From Patescibacteria group bacterium (GTDB taxonomy: Bacteria; Patescibacteriota; Minisyncoccia; UBA6257; 2-01-FULL-56-20): a stretch of 64,000 nucleotides of DNA. The stretch lies in NCBI GenBank assembly GCA_038063755.1, contig JBBTUL010000013.1, positions 12,876 to 76,875 of the forward strand, written 5' to 3'. This document shows, piece by piece, positions 45,955 to 56,721 of the stretch (positions are counted from its first letter, which is position 1; each line of letters opens with the position of its first letter). The notes beneath the pieces were generated by a model. That model did no database searches and was not told the DNA's origin. It was given only the letters and a program-made list of their open reading frames with translations. Position numbers and translations under genes: made by a program.

Positions 45955-47361
45955 ATGCACAGCGACTATGGTGAGTATGAAGAGCGCGAACTGCCGTCAC
46001 CACCGCATTGGACGAAGGCTCTTGGCGTGGGAATTGTCATTACCGGTCTTGCCATGGGGACAGGTGAACTTATTCTTTGGCCGCATCTAGTTACAAAATA
46101 CGGGTTAAATATTTTATGGACTGCGGTCTTGGGGCTTACTTTTCAGTATTTCATCAACCAAGAAGTAGCCCGTCATGCGCTTGCGACGGGAGAAAGCTTT
46201 TTCACTACATCCTCAAGGCTTTTTAAGTGGTTTGCGCCGTTTTGGATGCTTTCCGCCGCGCTTTTGTATGTTTGGCCTGGGTGGGCGGGAGCAATCGGAA
46301 CGACGCTCAAAGAGCTTTTCGGATTTGGTACATATCTAGGGTGGGCCCTTGCGAGCCTGGCGCTTGTTCTCGTGTTCACTTTTTTAGGGAAAGCGGCTTA
46401 TTCAGTTCTTGAAAAGTCTCTCAAGATAACTGTTCCGGCGTTTTTTGTTTTGCTTCTTATCGCAAGCTTCTTAAATCTTTCGGTCGAAGATCTGAAGCTT
46501 CTCCTTCGCGGCGCATCAGACTTTGGGTTTATGCCGACAGATATTAATATTCCGGTTCTCTTGGGAGCGATCGTTTTTGCCGGTGCGGGAGGACTCCTAA
46601 ATTTGTGTGTCTCGCTCTGGTATCGCGATAAGCAGGTCGGCATGGGCCATTATGTGGGAAGAATCATAAATCCGATTACGGGGAAGACAGAGGCGGTTTC
46701 GCATCAGGGATATCGTTTCCAGATAAACGAAGAGAATCTCGGACGATGGAAAAAGTGGATGCGTTTTGTGCGTATTGACCAGGGGATCATCTTTTGGCTT
46801 CTTGGGCTTATAACTCTTTTGCTTTTGAGCGTAAATGCCTACGTGACACTTACTCCTCTTGGACTTATTCCGCAGGGGACTGACGTTGCCGTGGTACAGG
46901 CTCATATTTTCGGAAATCAGTGGGGAAAGCCAGGGTTCAATCTTTTCTTGGTGATGGCATTCCTTATGCTTTTTTCCGTGATGTGGACCGTAATAGACGC
47001 CTTCACGAGAATCGTGACCGATATACTTTTTGTGAATTCGCGGACGGGACCGTTTAAAAAGTACCTCTCCTGGATCCAGGGAGTTTCAATACACAAGCTT
47101 TATTACACGCTTATCGTTGCGATCATAGCAGTAAGCGCGATGCTTTTACCGCTTAAACAGCCGCTCATGCTTCTTACGGTAAGCGCCGTTTTAGGGGGGT
47201 TTACCATGGCGATATATGTACCGATCATTCTCTATCTCAACAATACAAGCCTTCCCAAGCAGTTGCGTCCCGGACTAGTTACGAATTTCATGATGATCGT
47301 GGCAGCGCTCTTCTACGCATACTTTGCGGTTTCGATCAGCATCACGTATCTATTCGGGTAG
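45955..47361 (+). CDS. Nramp-like/APC-fold membrane transporter
   Basis: G.G......AMGTGELILWP, E..R..LATGE, AGAGG, ~11 TM; start placed after TATAAT. Confidence 0.8.
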   Translation: MHSDYGEYEERELPSPPHWTKALGVGIVITGLAMGTGELILWPHLVTKYGLNILWTAVLGLTFQYFINQEVARHALATGESFFTTSSRLFKWFAPFWMLSAALLYVWPGWAGAIGTTLKELFGFGTYLGWALASLALVLVFTFLGKAAYSVLEKSLKITVPAFFVLLLIASFLNLSVEDLKLLLRGASDFGFMPTDINIPVLLGAIVFAGAGGLLNLCVSLWYRDKQVGMGHYVGRIINPITGKTEAVSHQGYRFQINEENLGRWKKWMRFVRIDQGIIFWLLGLITLLLLSVNAYVTLTPLGLIPQGTDVAVVQAHIFGNQWGKPGFNLFLVMAFLMLFSVMWTVIDAFTRIVTDILFVNSRTGPFKKYLSWIQGVSIHKLYYTLIVAIIAVSAMLLPLKQPLMLLTVSAVLGGFTMAIYVPIILYLNNTSLPKQLRPGLVTNFMMIVAALFYAYFAVSISITYLFG

Positions 47362-47379
47362 GATTTCATCGCACAGAAA

Positions 47380-47967
47380 ATGCCAACCAAACACAGAGAA
47401 GCTCGTATAAAAAACGTTGTTGCCAGGCGAGAGGCGGGACTTGTTGTGGTCTTGGAAGACATCTTCGATCCGCATAATGCCGGAGCAATCTTTCGAACAT
47501 GTGACGCGCTTGGCATTCAGGAGGCGCACCTTGTTTTTAAAAGCGAAAAGCGCTTCAATCCGCGCCGAGTCGGACGCCGAAGCTCAAGTTCCGCAAATAA
47601 GTGGCTCACATTTCACGTTTATGCATCCATTCGCGATTGCATCGGAAAGCTTCGCAGAAGAGGATATGAAATTGTGGCAACTGCCCTTGATGGGGAAGCA
47701 GAAAATCTATACAACGCAAAATTTAAAAGGAAAAAAATAGCGCTCCTTGTTGGAAACGAACACAGGGGACTTTCGAAAGAGGCAATAGCTCTCGCATCTC
47801 GGAAGATCATGCTTCCTATGCGGGGGATGGTGGAGAGCCTGAACGTTTCCGTGTCAACTGCGATATTTCTCTACGAAATTGTTCGGAGCAGAACAAGCTC
47901 TCACCTTTCACGGAAGCTTTCATATAACGAATCAAAGCACCTTTTAAAAGAGCTCCTGGAGCGCTAG
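47380..47967 (+). CDS. TrmH/SpoU family RNA methyltransferase
   Basis: DPHNAGAIFRTCDA, GNEHRG, LPM.GMVESLNVSV. Confidence 0.92.
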   Translation: MPTKHREARIKNVVARREAGLVVVLEDIFDPHNAGAIFRTCDALGIQEAHLVFKSEKRFNPRRVGRRSSSSANKWLTFHVYASIRDCIGKLRRRGYEIVATALDGEAENLYNAKFKRKKIALLVGNEHRGLSKEAIALASRKIMLPMRGMVESLNVSVSTAIFLYEIVRSRTSSHLSRKLSYNESKHLLKELLER

Positions 47968-47996
47968 GGGCGGATGCCAAGGGGCGGTGCAAGGGC

Positions 47997-48024
47997 TTGA
48001 CATACCCCCCCTGGGGTATACAAT
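47997..48024 (+). promoter_or_regulatory. Promoter with CsoR-type operator
   Basis: TTGACA-N16-TACAAT; palindrome ATACCCC-N4-GGGGTAT at 48002-48019 fills the spacer. Confidence 0.88.
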
Positions 48025-48033
48025 AAGCGCATC

Positions 48034-48297
48034 ATGCAAAAAAACAAAGAGAAGATTATCCGGCGGCTCAAAATCATCGAAGGGCAAGTGCGCGGACTTC
48101 AGAAGATGGTTGGAGGTGGAAAATATTGTATCGACATAATTACACAGACGTCAGCGGTAAAACAGGCACTTTCGAACGTTGAAGATGTTTTGCTTGAGAG
48201 CCACCTAGGGACATGCGCTCTTCGTCAGGTAAGGTCCGGCGATATCGAAACAGCAAAAAAAGAAATCCTCAAGGTCTACAAGCTCAAACGAAAATAA
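48034..48297 (+). CDS. csoR: CsoR family copper-sensing repressor
   Basis: RLK.IEGQVRG..KM....YC.D, H...C (C-H-C ligands). Confidence 0.92.
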   Translation: MQKNKEKIIRRLKIIEGQVRGLQKMVGGGKYCIDIITQTSAVKQALSNVEDVLLESHLGTCALRQVRSGDIETAKKEILKVYKLKRK

Positions 48298-48299
48298 TT

Positions 48300-50546
48300 A
48301 TGGAAGAAATTTATAAAGTTAAAGGGATGCATTGCGCCTCGTGCGCAGCGGTTATAGAGAAAACTTTAAAAAAACAAGAAGGGGTGTCTTCGATCTCTGT
48401 AAATTATGCGTCTGAAACGGCGAAAATTTCTTTTGACAACGCGCAAACATCACTTACAAAATTGAGCGGAGCAATCGCTTCTCTTGGGTATTCGCTCAGT
48501 GAACGGAGAGGAGGCGGTGAAGCAGAGAAGTCCGATGCGCGTGATGAGTTCGGCGATCTTCGTTACGCAGTAAGAGTTTCTTTTCCGCTTGTCGTGGTCA
48601 CCGCGGTGATCATGACATTGGAATTGCTTGCGAATCCGTTCAAGGTTCTTCCCGAAATGCCTTCCGCGGTAGGCGAGCTTTTTCACCACCTGCTTCCTGT
48701 CATGGCGACGTATGTGCTCTTTGCGATTGGAAGACAGTACTTAAAAGGGCTTTGGATGTTTTTGCGAAGCGGAATGGCCAACATGGACACCCTTATCGGC
48801 ATGGGAACTCTTGCCGCATTCGTTTATAGTTTTATCGTTTCCTCGTTTGAAGAGCCGCTGCGAAGATTTGTTGACACCGATGTTCTTTACTATGATGTCG
48901 TGATTATTGTGGTGGGCCTCATCACGCTTGGGAAGTATCTTGAAGCTCGTGCAAAACTCCGCACCGGAGACGCAATCAAGAGCCTGCTTGGGCTTCAGGT
49001 GAAAACTGCGTTGGTGATGCGAGATGGCGAGGAGCGTGAGATTTCGATTTCAGAGGTTGTTCATGGCGACGAGGTTCTCGTAAAACCCGGAATGAAGATT
49101 CCCGTCGACGGACGAGTGATAAGAGGGTTTTCGTACGTTGATGAGTCGATGCTTACCGGAGAATCGATGCCGGTTGCCAAAAAAGAAGGCGATACGATCT
49201 CGGCGGGAACCATGAATACGTCGGGAGCATTCATGTTTCGCGCGACTGGCATCGGAAAGGAGACACTACTTGCCCATATTATCGCGATGGTTGAGGATGC
49301 GCAGGGCAGTAAAGCATCCATCGAGCGTCTAACCGACAAGGTTTCAGCAATCTTTGTACCGATCGTTTTGGGTATCGCTGGCATCACGCTTATTGCATGG
49401 CTTGTTTTAGGGACAAGCGCATTCGGGTTCGGGCAGGCGCTTTCCTTCGGATTGGTTTCTTTCGTAGGAGTTTTGGTTATCGCTTGTCCTTGTGCGCTCG
49501 GTCTTGCGACCCCGACGGCAATTATCGTGGGCGTTGGAAAGGGAGCGACGAACGGGATTCTCATTAAAAACGCAGAAGTGCTTGAAAAGTTATATTCTGT
49601 TTCGGCTCTCGTAATAGACAAAACAGGAACGATCACAATGGGCAAGCCGACAGTCGTGTCGTTTTTGAATGCGTCTGATCTTTCAGACGATGAGGTGATA
49701 ACCGTACTCGCTTCGCTTGAGAAGCAGTCAGGGCACCCGATTGCCGAGGCGATTCTCGAATATGCAAAAGAAAAAGGAATTCTTCCAAAAGACGTTTCAA
49801 ATTTCCTTCATGTTTCGGGAAGGGGTGTGAAGGGGAGTTTCGGCGAAAAGGAATACGTTCTAGGAAACGAGGCATTCATGAAAGAGCAAGGTGTATTGAT
49901 CGATCGGACGAAGATAAATCTTTCAGAGACTCCTGCAACAGTCATGTTCCTCGGCGAGAACGGAAAGCTTTTTGCGGCGATTTCGGTCGGCGACAAGATT
50001 AAGCCGGAAGCAAAAGACGCAATTGCTGTGTTGCACCGCATGGGCGTTCGGGTGGTGATGGCTACGGGGGACAATGAACCAATCGCGCAAGCGGTTGCCC
50101 GTGAGGTCGGAATAGACGAGGTCATCGCAGAAGCTCTTCCGGAGACGAAACAGATAAAAGTAAGAGAATTACAGGAGAAGGGGATGATCGTCGCCGTTGC
50201 AGGAGATGGCGTAAACGACGCTCCAGCGCTTGCGGCGGCAAACGTCGGTATCGCGATGAGTACCGGGACGGATGCGGCAATCGAGACAAGCGATATTACA
50301 CTGCTTCATGGAGATATCCGCAAGATTGCTCAAGCCATAAGGCTTTCGAAGTTGACGATGCGGACCATAAGACAAAATCTTTTTTGGGCGTTTGTTTATA
50401 ATGTGGTAGGCATCCCGCTTGCAGCCGGTCTGTTTTATCCTCTTTTTGGATGGCTTCTTTCGCCGGTGTTTGCAGGACTTGCGATGGCGTTTTCAAGCGT
50501 TTCGGTTATTTCTAATTCATTGCGCCTCAAGGCAAGAAAAGTATAA
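48300..50546 (+). CDS. copA: Cu(I)-translocating P1B-type ATPase
   Basis: [34 protein letters not shown], MxxSS. Confidence 0.95.
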   Translation: MEEIYKVKGMHCASCAAVIEKTLKKQEGVSSISVNYASETAKISFDNAQTSLTKLSGAIASLGYSLSERRGGGEAEKSDARDEFGDLRYAVRVSFPLVVVTAVIMTLELLANPFKVLPEMPSAVGELFHHLLPVMATYVLFAIGRQYLKGLWMFLRSGMANMDTLIGMGTLAAFVYSFIVSSFEEPLRRFVDTDVLYYDVVIIVVGLITLGKYLEARAKLRTGDAIKSLLGLQVKTALVMRDGEEREISISEVVHGDEVLVKPGMKIPVDGRVIRGFSYVDESMLTGESMPVAKKEGDTISAGTMNTSGAFMFRATGIGKETLLAHIIAMVEDAQGSKASIERLTDKVSAIFVPIVLGIAGITLIAWLVLGTSAFGFGQALSFGLVSFVGVLVIACPCALGLATPTAIIVGVGKGATNGILIKNAEVLEKLYSVSALVIDKTGTITMGKPTVVSFLNASDLSDDEVITVLASLEKQSGHPIAEAILEYAKEKGILPKDVSNFLHVSGRGVKGSFGEKEYVLGNEAFMKEQGVLIDRTKINLSETPATVMFLGENGKLFAAISVGDKIKPEAKDAIAVLHRMGVRVVMATGDNEPIAQAVAREVGIDEVIAEALPETKQIKVRELQEKGMIVAVAGDGVNDAPALAAANVGIAMSTGTDAAIETSDITLLHGDIRKIAQAIRLSKLTMRTIRQNLFWAFVYNVVGIPLAAGLFYPLFGWLLSPVFAGLAMAFSSVSVISNSLRLKARKV

Positions 50547-50550
50547 AAAA

Positions 50551-51573
50551 ATGGAAGAGCAAAAATACACATTTCATGTTCAGGGAATGCATTGCGCATC
50601 GTGCGTCGTGCTTATCGAGGATGTCCTAAAAGGGATTCCTGGAGTAGGCGGAGTCGCGGCAAATCTTTCCCGCCGAGAAGTTGTGGTTGTGGGGTTGCTC
50701 GGCGACGATGCGGAGGGGATCGCGAACGAGCTTTCGAAGCATATCGCGCCACACGGGTATACGCTCGCGGTTGAAAAAAAGAAGGCAAGCGTTGACTGGT
50801 CCGAGTTTTCCTATGCGATCCCTATTGCGGCGGCTCTCGTGATGGGCTTCGTCGCACTCCAAAAGTCCGGGGTGGTTGATTTGATTGACGCGTCGACCAT
50901 CGGATACGGGACCGCATTTTTCATAGGCGTTATTGCATCGCTCTCCACGTGTCTTGCTGTCGTGGGCGGACTCGTTCTTTCTGTTTCGGCGAATTACGCA
51001 AAAGGAGGAGATACGTGGCGACCGCAAGTGCTTTTTCATGCGAGCCGGATGGCGAGCTTTTTCATTCTTGGTGGAGCTATCGGAGCCCTTGGGACCATAT
51101 TCCGATTTGGTCCGAGCGGGAATCTTTTTTTGGGCCTTGTGGTTGGAATCGTAATGTTTCTTTTGGGATTGAATTTGCTTGATATATTCCATGCACCCAA
51201 AAAACTGCAAATCACCATGCCGAAACTTTTCGGCCGGGCCACCGCTGTGCATGCGAAAAGTTCACACATCCTTGCATCGCTCTCTCTTGGGGCGCTTACA
51301 TTTTTCCTTCCCTGCGGGTTCACGCAATCCATGCAGATATACACACTCACTACCGGGAGTTTTCTGCGGGGAGGGCTTATCATGCTTGCGTTCTCCTTAG
51401 GGACGTTTCCCGTTCTTGCACTGCTCTCATTCGGATCGCTCAAGATCACCTCCGGTCGCGCGCGACGGATATTTTTTAAAACCTCCGGCATCATCGTGAT
51501 GCTTCTCGCGCTTTGGGGTATTATAGGAGCACTGACCGCCGCAGGTTTCATTGATCCCATTATTACGCTTTAG
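50551..51573 (+). CDS. HMA domain + DsbD_2/TauE-like membrane protein
   Basis: GMHCASC, STC...GG, LPCG, F.LGT.P. Confidence 0.85.
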   Translation: MEEQKYTFHVQGMHCASCVVLIEDVLKGIPGVGGVAANLSRREVVVVGLLGDDAEGIANELSKHIAPHGYTLAVEKKKASVDWSEFSYAIPIAAALVMGFVALQKSGVVDLIDASTIGYGTAFFIGVIASLSTCLAVVGGLVLSVSANYAKGGDTWRPQVLFHASRMASFFILGGAIGALGTIFRFGPSGNLFLGLVVGIVMFLLGLNLLDIFHAPKKLQITMPKLFGRATAVHAKSSHILASLSLGALTFFLPCGFTQSMQIYTLTTGSFLRGGLIMLAFSLGTFPVLALLSFGSLKITSGRARRIFFKTSGIIVMLLALWGIIGALTAAGFIDPIITL

Positions 51574-51577
51574 CTCT

Positions 51578-51976
51578 ATGACCAATAAAATCGCACTATC
51601 TATTATTCTCGCCGCCATGTTTGTGGGCGGGGCGATATATCTCTCAAGCGGAAGCGGATCTGCTGGGCGAGAGGTCGAAGGAGGGTCCGAGGGTGTTTCT
51701 GTGGAAAACGGAGTGCAAATGATCGACCTTGCTGCAAAGGGAGGATATTATCCGAAAAAGATCGTTGCGAAGGCTGGAATCCCTACGACGCTTCGTGTAA
51801 GAACGAAAAACACGTTTGATTGTTCTTCGGCGCTTATCATTCCTTCGATTAAATATCAAAAGAATCTTTCATCAACCGGAGAAGAGCTTATAACGATTCC
51901 GGTTGAAAGGGCGACGGGAACGCTCCGAGGAACGTGTTCGATGGGGATGTATGGTTTTGAGATCGCATTTCGTTGA
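51578..51976 (+). CDS. Membrane-anchored cupredoxin-like protein (CupA-like)
   Basis: TM, GGY.P..I..KAG.P, DCS, CSMGMY. Confidence 0.82.
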   Translation: MTNKIALSIILAAMFVGGAIYLSSGSGSAGREVEGGSEGVSVENGVQMIDLAAKGGYYPKKIVAKAGIPTTLRVRTKNTFDCSSALIIPSIKYQKNLSSTGEELITIPVERATGTLRGTCSMGMYGFEIAFR

Positions 51977-52037
51977 TTTTGTGGGGATTGCGGTTCTCAT
52001 CCGAAAACGCCAATATTAGTTTGAAAATAAAAGTTTT

Positions 52038-53318
52038 ATGAAAAATAGAGCTTCGAATATATTTCATGAAGTACGTGTTGCGATCCGTGTTGGATGGTTT
52101 CTTGCGTTGCGCCAGGTTCGCCGAGCGAATATTTGGACGAATGTTCTCGTGATCGCCATCATGGCGCTCACGTTTTTAAACCTCGTCGTAGTGAGCGGCA
52201 TCCTTGTGGGGCTTATTGAGGGGTCCGTGAAAACTATCAAAACGCATTATCTCGGAGATGTTTTTATTTCTACCCCCAAAGGGAAAAACTTTATTCAGCA
52301 TAGCCAGGACATTGTAAAAACAGCGGAAAATATTCCGGGAGTTGTTGCGGTGAGCGCTCGGTACCTTGAGGGTGGCATTGTCGAAGAGGATTATAAAAAA
52401 ACGAAAAAACCAGGAGATTCCGGAAATGAAGTTGGGACGAATATTACAGGAATCGATCCCGACTCCGAGAATCGAGCGTCAGATCTTGCACGCCTTGTGG
52501 TTGAGGGGGAGTACCTTTCTCCCGATGACTACGATCAAGTTCTTGTTGGGTCGCTTCTCCTAAAAAAATATCTTGATTTCGAGTCGCCGAACTTTCCGGT
52601 GCTCGAGCGCGCGGATATTGGAACGAAAATCAGAATTACTCTCGGCGGGAACACGAGAGAGGTTACGGTAAAAGGGATTATAAAGAGTAAGGCAGATGAA
52701 CTTGATCGAAGGATTTTTATGGTAGATCGGCAATTTCGAAACATCACAAACCGTTTCGACTATAATGCCGACGAAATTGTTATCCGCATTGCGCCCGGCG
52801 TGGATTCTAAGGCGGTGCGCGACGCGATTTTAGCAACAGGTGCGGGAGCATACGCGAGAGTACAAACCGCAGAGGAGGGTGAGCCAAAGTTCGTGAAAGA
52901 CATGAAAAAGACATTTAACATGCTGGGAACGGTGATTAGTTCAATCGGGCTTGTTGTCGCGGCAATCACCATTTTCATCGTTATTTTTATCAATGCCATT
53001 ACGCGGAGAAAGTTTATCGGGATTCTTAAGGGAATTGGGATTAACGCCCTTGCGATTGAAATTGCGTACGTACTCCAATCAGTGTTTTACGCGATTCTTG
53101 GCACTGCTCTTGGTGTGGCATTTGTTTTTGGGTTTTTAAAGCCATACTTGGACGTGCATCCAATAAATTTCCCTTTTAGCGATGGAATACTGGTAGCGAC
53201 ACTCGACGGGACGCTCCTTCGTGTTGCGGCGCTTTTCATAGCAACGCTCATCGCTGGGTATATTCCCGCAAGGATTGTTACGAAACAGAACACGCTTGAC
53301 GCGATCTTAAATCGATAA
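52038..53318 (+). CDS. ABC transporter permease (FtsX/LolE/MacB family)
   Basis: TM1 + large extracytoplasmic domain + 3 TM, IGILK.IG, YIPAR. Confidence 0.9.
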   Translation: MKNRASNIFHEVRVAIRVGWFLALRQVRRANIWTNVLVIAIMALTFLNLVVVSGILVGLIEGSVKTIKTHYLGDVFISTPKGKNFIQHSQDIVKTAENIPGVVAVSARYLEGGIVEEDYKKTKKPGDSGNEVGTNITGIDPDSENRASDLARLVVEGEYLSPDDYDQVLVGSLLLKKYLDFESPNFPVLERADIGTKIRITLGGNTREVTVKGIIKSKADELDRRIFMVDRQFRNITNRFDYNADEIVIRIAPGVDSKAVRDAILATGAGAYARVQTAEEGEPKFVKDMKKTFNMLGTVISSIGLVVAAITIFIVIFINAITRRKFIGILKGIGINALAIEIAYVLQSVFYAILGTALGVAFVFGFLKPYLDVHPINFPFSDGILVATLDGTLLRVAALFIATLIAGYIPARIVTKQNTLDAILNR

Positions 53319-53323
53319 CGGCC

Positions 53324-54028
53324 ATGAAAAGAAAAGTCGTCATAGACGCAGAAAATCTCATACGGACCTACAAAAGCGGCGATGCCGAAGTCAAGGTTCT
53401 TCGCGGACTATCGCTCCAGGTGCAAGAGGGCGAGTTCGTTTCTATCATTGGCAGGTCTGGATCCGGCAAGAGCACGCTTCTTTATCAGTTGAGCCTCCTC
53501 GACGTGCCAACGTCGGGAAGGGTTTTTGTCGACGGCGTCGACACATCAACATTTTCCGAGGAGGAGAGGACGAGGGTGCGACTAAACGAGATGGGATATA
53601 TTTTTCAAGACTACGCACTGGTTCCAGAGCTTACCGCGGAGGAAAACGTTGTTATCCCGCTTCTCATGCAGGACATCGAGACTAGGGAAGCGCGAAGACG
53701 GGCAAGGGTAGTCTTGGAGAAAGTTGGTTTGCTGCATCGACTGAAGAATCTTCCGAATCAGCTTTCTGGGGGTGAGCAGCAACGAGTCGCAATCGCCCGG
53801 GCACTAGGACACAGCCCCAAAATCATTTTTGCGGACGAACCGACTGCGAATCTTGACAACGAAACTTCGCTCGTCATCCTCGAACTCTTTAAGCAGCTGC
53901 ACAAGGAAGGGCAAACGATTATCATGGTTACGCACGAAAGGGAATATACTGCAGAAACCGATCGAGTTATCAAGATTTTTGATGGAAGCATCGTCTTCGA
54001 GGGTTCACCGAAAGAGCTTCGAGAGTAG
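53324..54028 (+). CDS. ABC transporter ATP-binding protein (LolD-like)
   Basis: GRSGSGKS, LSGGEQQR, ADEPTANLD, VTH. Confidence 0.95.
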   Translation: MKRKVVIDAENLIRTYKSGDAEVKVLRGLSLQVQEGEFVSIIGRSGSGKSTLLYQLSLLDVPTSGRVFVDGVDTSTFSEEERTRVRLNEMGYIFQDYALVPELTAEENVVIPLLMQDIETREARRRARVVLEKVGLLHRLKNLPNQLSGGEQQRVAIARALGHSPKIIFADEPTANLDNETSLVILELFKQLHKEGQTIIMVTHEREYTAETDRVIKIFDGSIVFEGSPKELRE

Positions 54029-54052
54029 GGATGTTTTCGGTATTTAACTCGG

Positions 54053-55510
54053 TTAAGACAGGCTATCGAGATCTAACACTTCATCGATTCTGATCTTTTT
54101 CACAAACTCCGGAACGTGGCTTACAAGAATCATCGCTCCCCGGTATTCGTCGAGCGCTTTTGCGATGATCGGGAGGTGCCGGAAATTTATATGGTTCGTT
54201 GGTTCGTCAAGAATAAGAAGCCCCGGTTTTTGAAGTACGAGACAGGCAAACATCACAAGGCCTTTTTGTCCTTCGGAAAGACTACCGACCGTGCTCTTTA
54301 AAATTTCAGCGTTTAAAAGGAATCCTGCGGCAGTTGAGCGAAGTGTTTGCTCGGTTCCGTCTTTCGTCGCCGCAAGAAGCGAGCGATACACCGTTTCCTT
54401 CGGGTCAAGCGTTGAAAAGTCCTGACGGTAATAGCCGACATGAATTCCTGGCGCAATTTCTGACCCGCGAGCTTCACCCGAGGCGATTTTTTGAAGCAAG
54501 GTCGTTTTTCCGATGCCGTTCGGACCTGAGAGGAGAAGGTGTGCGTTGCGCTTGAGAGTAACACTCACTTTCTTTTCGCTCACACTTCCGTGCGCGACAA
54601 CCGATACGGATTTTATCGTAATAATTTGTCCCGAGACATCTTCTTGACAGGGGATCGTGAAGTGGCGGATAGTTTTGTCTTCCTTGCGCATATCAACCTT
54701 CTCCTCGTCGAGATCCACAATTTTCTCGCGCATTTTTCGAGCAACGTCGCGCATGTGGCCTCCTTTCTGGGCGAAAAAATTTGCTTGTTCTTTCCGGTGG
54801 GAGATGTCTTTTTCAAGACGGACGTTTTTCATTCGCTCACGTTCGATTCGCGCCGCGATCTCCTCAATCACCTTGTTGTAGTTTCCGGTGTATTGTTCGA
54901 CCTGATGCGTAAAGACGTCGAGATAAAGTACGCCTGATGTAAATGAATTCAAAAAGTCAGCATCGTGGGAAATAACAATGCATGTTTTTTCATAGCCCCT
55001 CAGGAACTCAGCAAGATGGGCCAGGCCCTCAGGATCGAGATTGTTTGTTGGTTCGTCGAGAAGGAGAAGGTCCGGATTCTGAATGAGCGCTGACGCGAGA
55101 AGTAACCGCGCTTGCTGTCCGCCCGAGAAGGACTCTACCTTTCTATCAAGCGCGGCTGTAAGATGCACAACTTCAAGAACTTTTTCGACGCGAGGATCAA
55201 TATCGTACACCCTTTTTGAAAACATGGAAGAGAAAAATTCTCGGACAGTGAGATTGAGTTTTTCGGGAGGAATAACCTGTTTTGAGACGGCGATGCTTAG
55301 ATTGTCTTTTGTTGCGATAGTTCCTTCTTCTGGGCGCAAGGCGTTTGTAATAAGATTGAAAATCGTGCTTTTTCCCGCGCCGTTTTGACCCATAAGAGCG
55401 ACTTTTGATCCCTCCCGGAGCGAAAAGCTCGCATCCCTAAGAACGGGCTTGTTGAATCCATAGGAGAAAGAAACCGCGTTAAATTTTAATATGACTTCTT
55501 CTTTTGCCAT
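54053..55510 (-). CDS. ABC-F family ATPase
   Basis: Two NBDs (GQNGAGKS, GPNGIGKT, LDEPTN twice), helical linker, no TM. Confidence 0.93.
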   Translation of the reverse strand: MAKEEVILKFNAVSFSYGFNKPVLRDASFSLREGSKVALMGQNGAGKSTIFNLITNALRPEEGTIATKDNLSIAVSKQVIPPEKLNLTVREFFSSMFSKRVYDIDPRVEKVLEVVHLTAALDRKVESFSGGQQARLLLASALIQNPDLLLLDEPTNNLDPEGLAHLAEFLRGYEKTCIVISHDADFLNSFTSGVLYLDVFTHQVEQYTGNYNKVIEEIAARIERERMKNVRLEKDISHRKEQANFFAQKGGHMRDVARKMREKIVDLDEEKVDMRKEDKTIRHFTIPCQEDVSGQIITIKSVSVVAHGSVSEKKVSVTLKRNAHLLLSGPNGIGKTTLLQKIASGEARGSEIAPGIHVGYYRQDFSTLDPKETVYRSLLAATKDGTEQTLRSTAAGFLLNAEILKSTVGSLSEGQKGLVMFACLVLQKPGLLILDEPTNHINFRHLPIIAKALDEYRGAMILVSHVPEFVKKIRIDEVLDLDSLS

Positions 55511-55589
55511 CTATGTATGATTAAGGCCTAAGGATAAAGATAAATAATCAGCCCGGCAAGGGGAGGCTGCCACGTGCGAGAAGAAAAAG

Positions 55590-56600
55590 CTACTTACCCC
55601 CCTTCGATTCCTTGATCGTCTCCGGTATCGCTACTGTTTTTTCGGAGACTTTGTCGAGCAGACGGCGCAGCGTAAGCATGCGATCATAGTCGTATATCGA
55701 GATAGAAATTATTTTTTTTACATTTTTAAGCTGAGCGAGTGATTTTATCGTTTTTGCAAGCGAGTCCTCGCCTACGGTATCGGTTTTCGTGAGGAGTATG
55801 TACTCGTCTTTTTCAAGGAGAAGGGGATTATAAGCGCCGAGCTCTTTTCGGATCGTTTTGTAGTCCACGATCGGGTTCTGCGATCCCGAATCTATAAAAT
55901 GAAAGATAATTCTTGTTCGTTCGATATGTCGGAGAAAGCGAATACCAAGCCCCTTTCCATAAGAGGCTCCATCAATCAGCCCGGGAATGTCGGCGAGAAT
56001 GAGGTTCTCATACACTCCGAGATTCGGTTCGAGCGTTGTAAAGGGATAGTTGGCGACTTTGCTGTTCGCGTTTGTGAGCTCGTTTAACAAGCTCGATTTT
56101 CCTGTATTCGGAAAACCGACAAAACCGATATCAGCGATGAGTTTCAGGTCGAGTTTTAATGCGAAGACTTCTCCTTGGAGTCCGGGTTGCGATTGTTTTG
56201 GGGTAGTGTTTATTGACGAGCGGTAATGGAAATTTCCCTTTCCGCCGTTTCCTCCTTTTGCAACAAGAAGTCGCTCGCCGATCGAGGTAAGCTCCGACAC
56301 GATGCCTGTCGCAAGATTAGAAACGACGGTTCCTCGCGGGACAAGGAGAGTAGTGTCTTCGCCGTTGTTCCCATCACGAAATGCCCCTCGTCCATCCCTA
56401 CCGTTTTCCGCGGAAAACTTTTTTGTCGTTCGAAAGCGGCGGAGTGCTCCAAGGTCGGAGACCGCTTCAAGGTATACGTTTCCGCCCCTGCCCCCGCTTC
56501 CTCCGGTCGGGCCAAGCGACATCTTGATTTTGCTAAAAGCGACCGCTCCAGCACCGCCTTTTCCCGCAGAGACCTCTATTGAGACGCTGTCGATAAGCAT
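55590..56600 (-). CDS. obgE: GTPase Obg
   Basis: Gly-rich Obg fold, GFPNTGKS, YPFTTL.P.LG, DIPG, FLRHIER, TKTD. Confidence 0.96.
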   Translation of the reverse strand: MLIDSVSIEVSAGKGGAGAVAFSKIKMSLGPTGGSGGRGGNVYLEAVSDLGALRRFRTTKKFSAENGRDGRGAFRDGNNGEDTTLLVPRGTVVSNLATGIVSELTSIGERLLVAKGGNGGKGNFHYRSSINTTPKQSQPGLQGEVFALKLDLKLIADIGFVGFPNTGKSSLLNELTNANSKVANYPFTTLEPNLGVYENLILADIPGLIDGASYGKGLGIRFLRHIERTRIIFHFIDSGSQNPIVDYKTIRKELGAYNPLLLEKDEYILLTKTDTVGEDSLAKTIKSLAQLKNVKKIISISIYDYDRMLTLRRLLDKVSEKTVAIPETIKESKGGK

Positions 56601-56721
56601 GTGTGCAGTATAAGCCGATTTTCAAGAAAACACACCCTTTTTAACGCTTGAATCATTGCGTAGACATGCCTTTTTGTGGTATGAGAAGCGCAGTGGCTTT
56701 ATAGCTGAATATGGAGGAATC

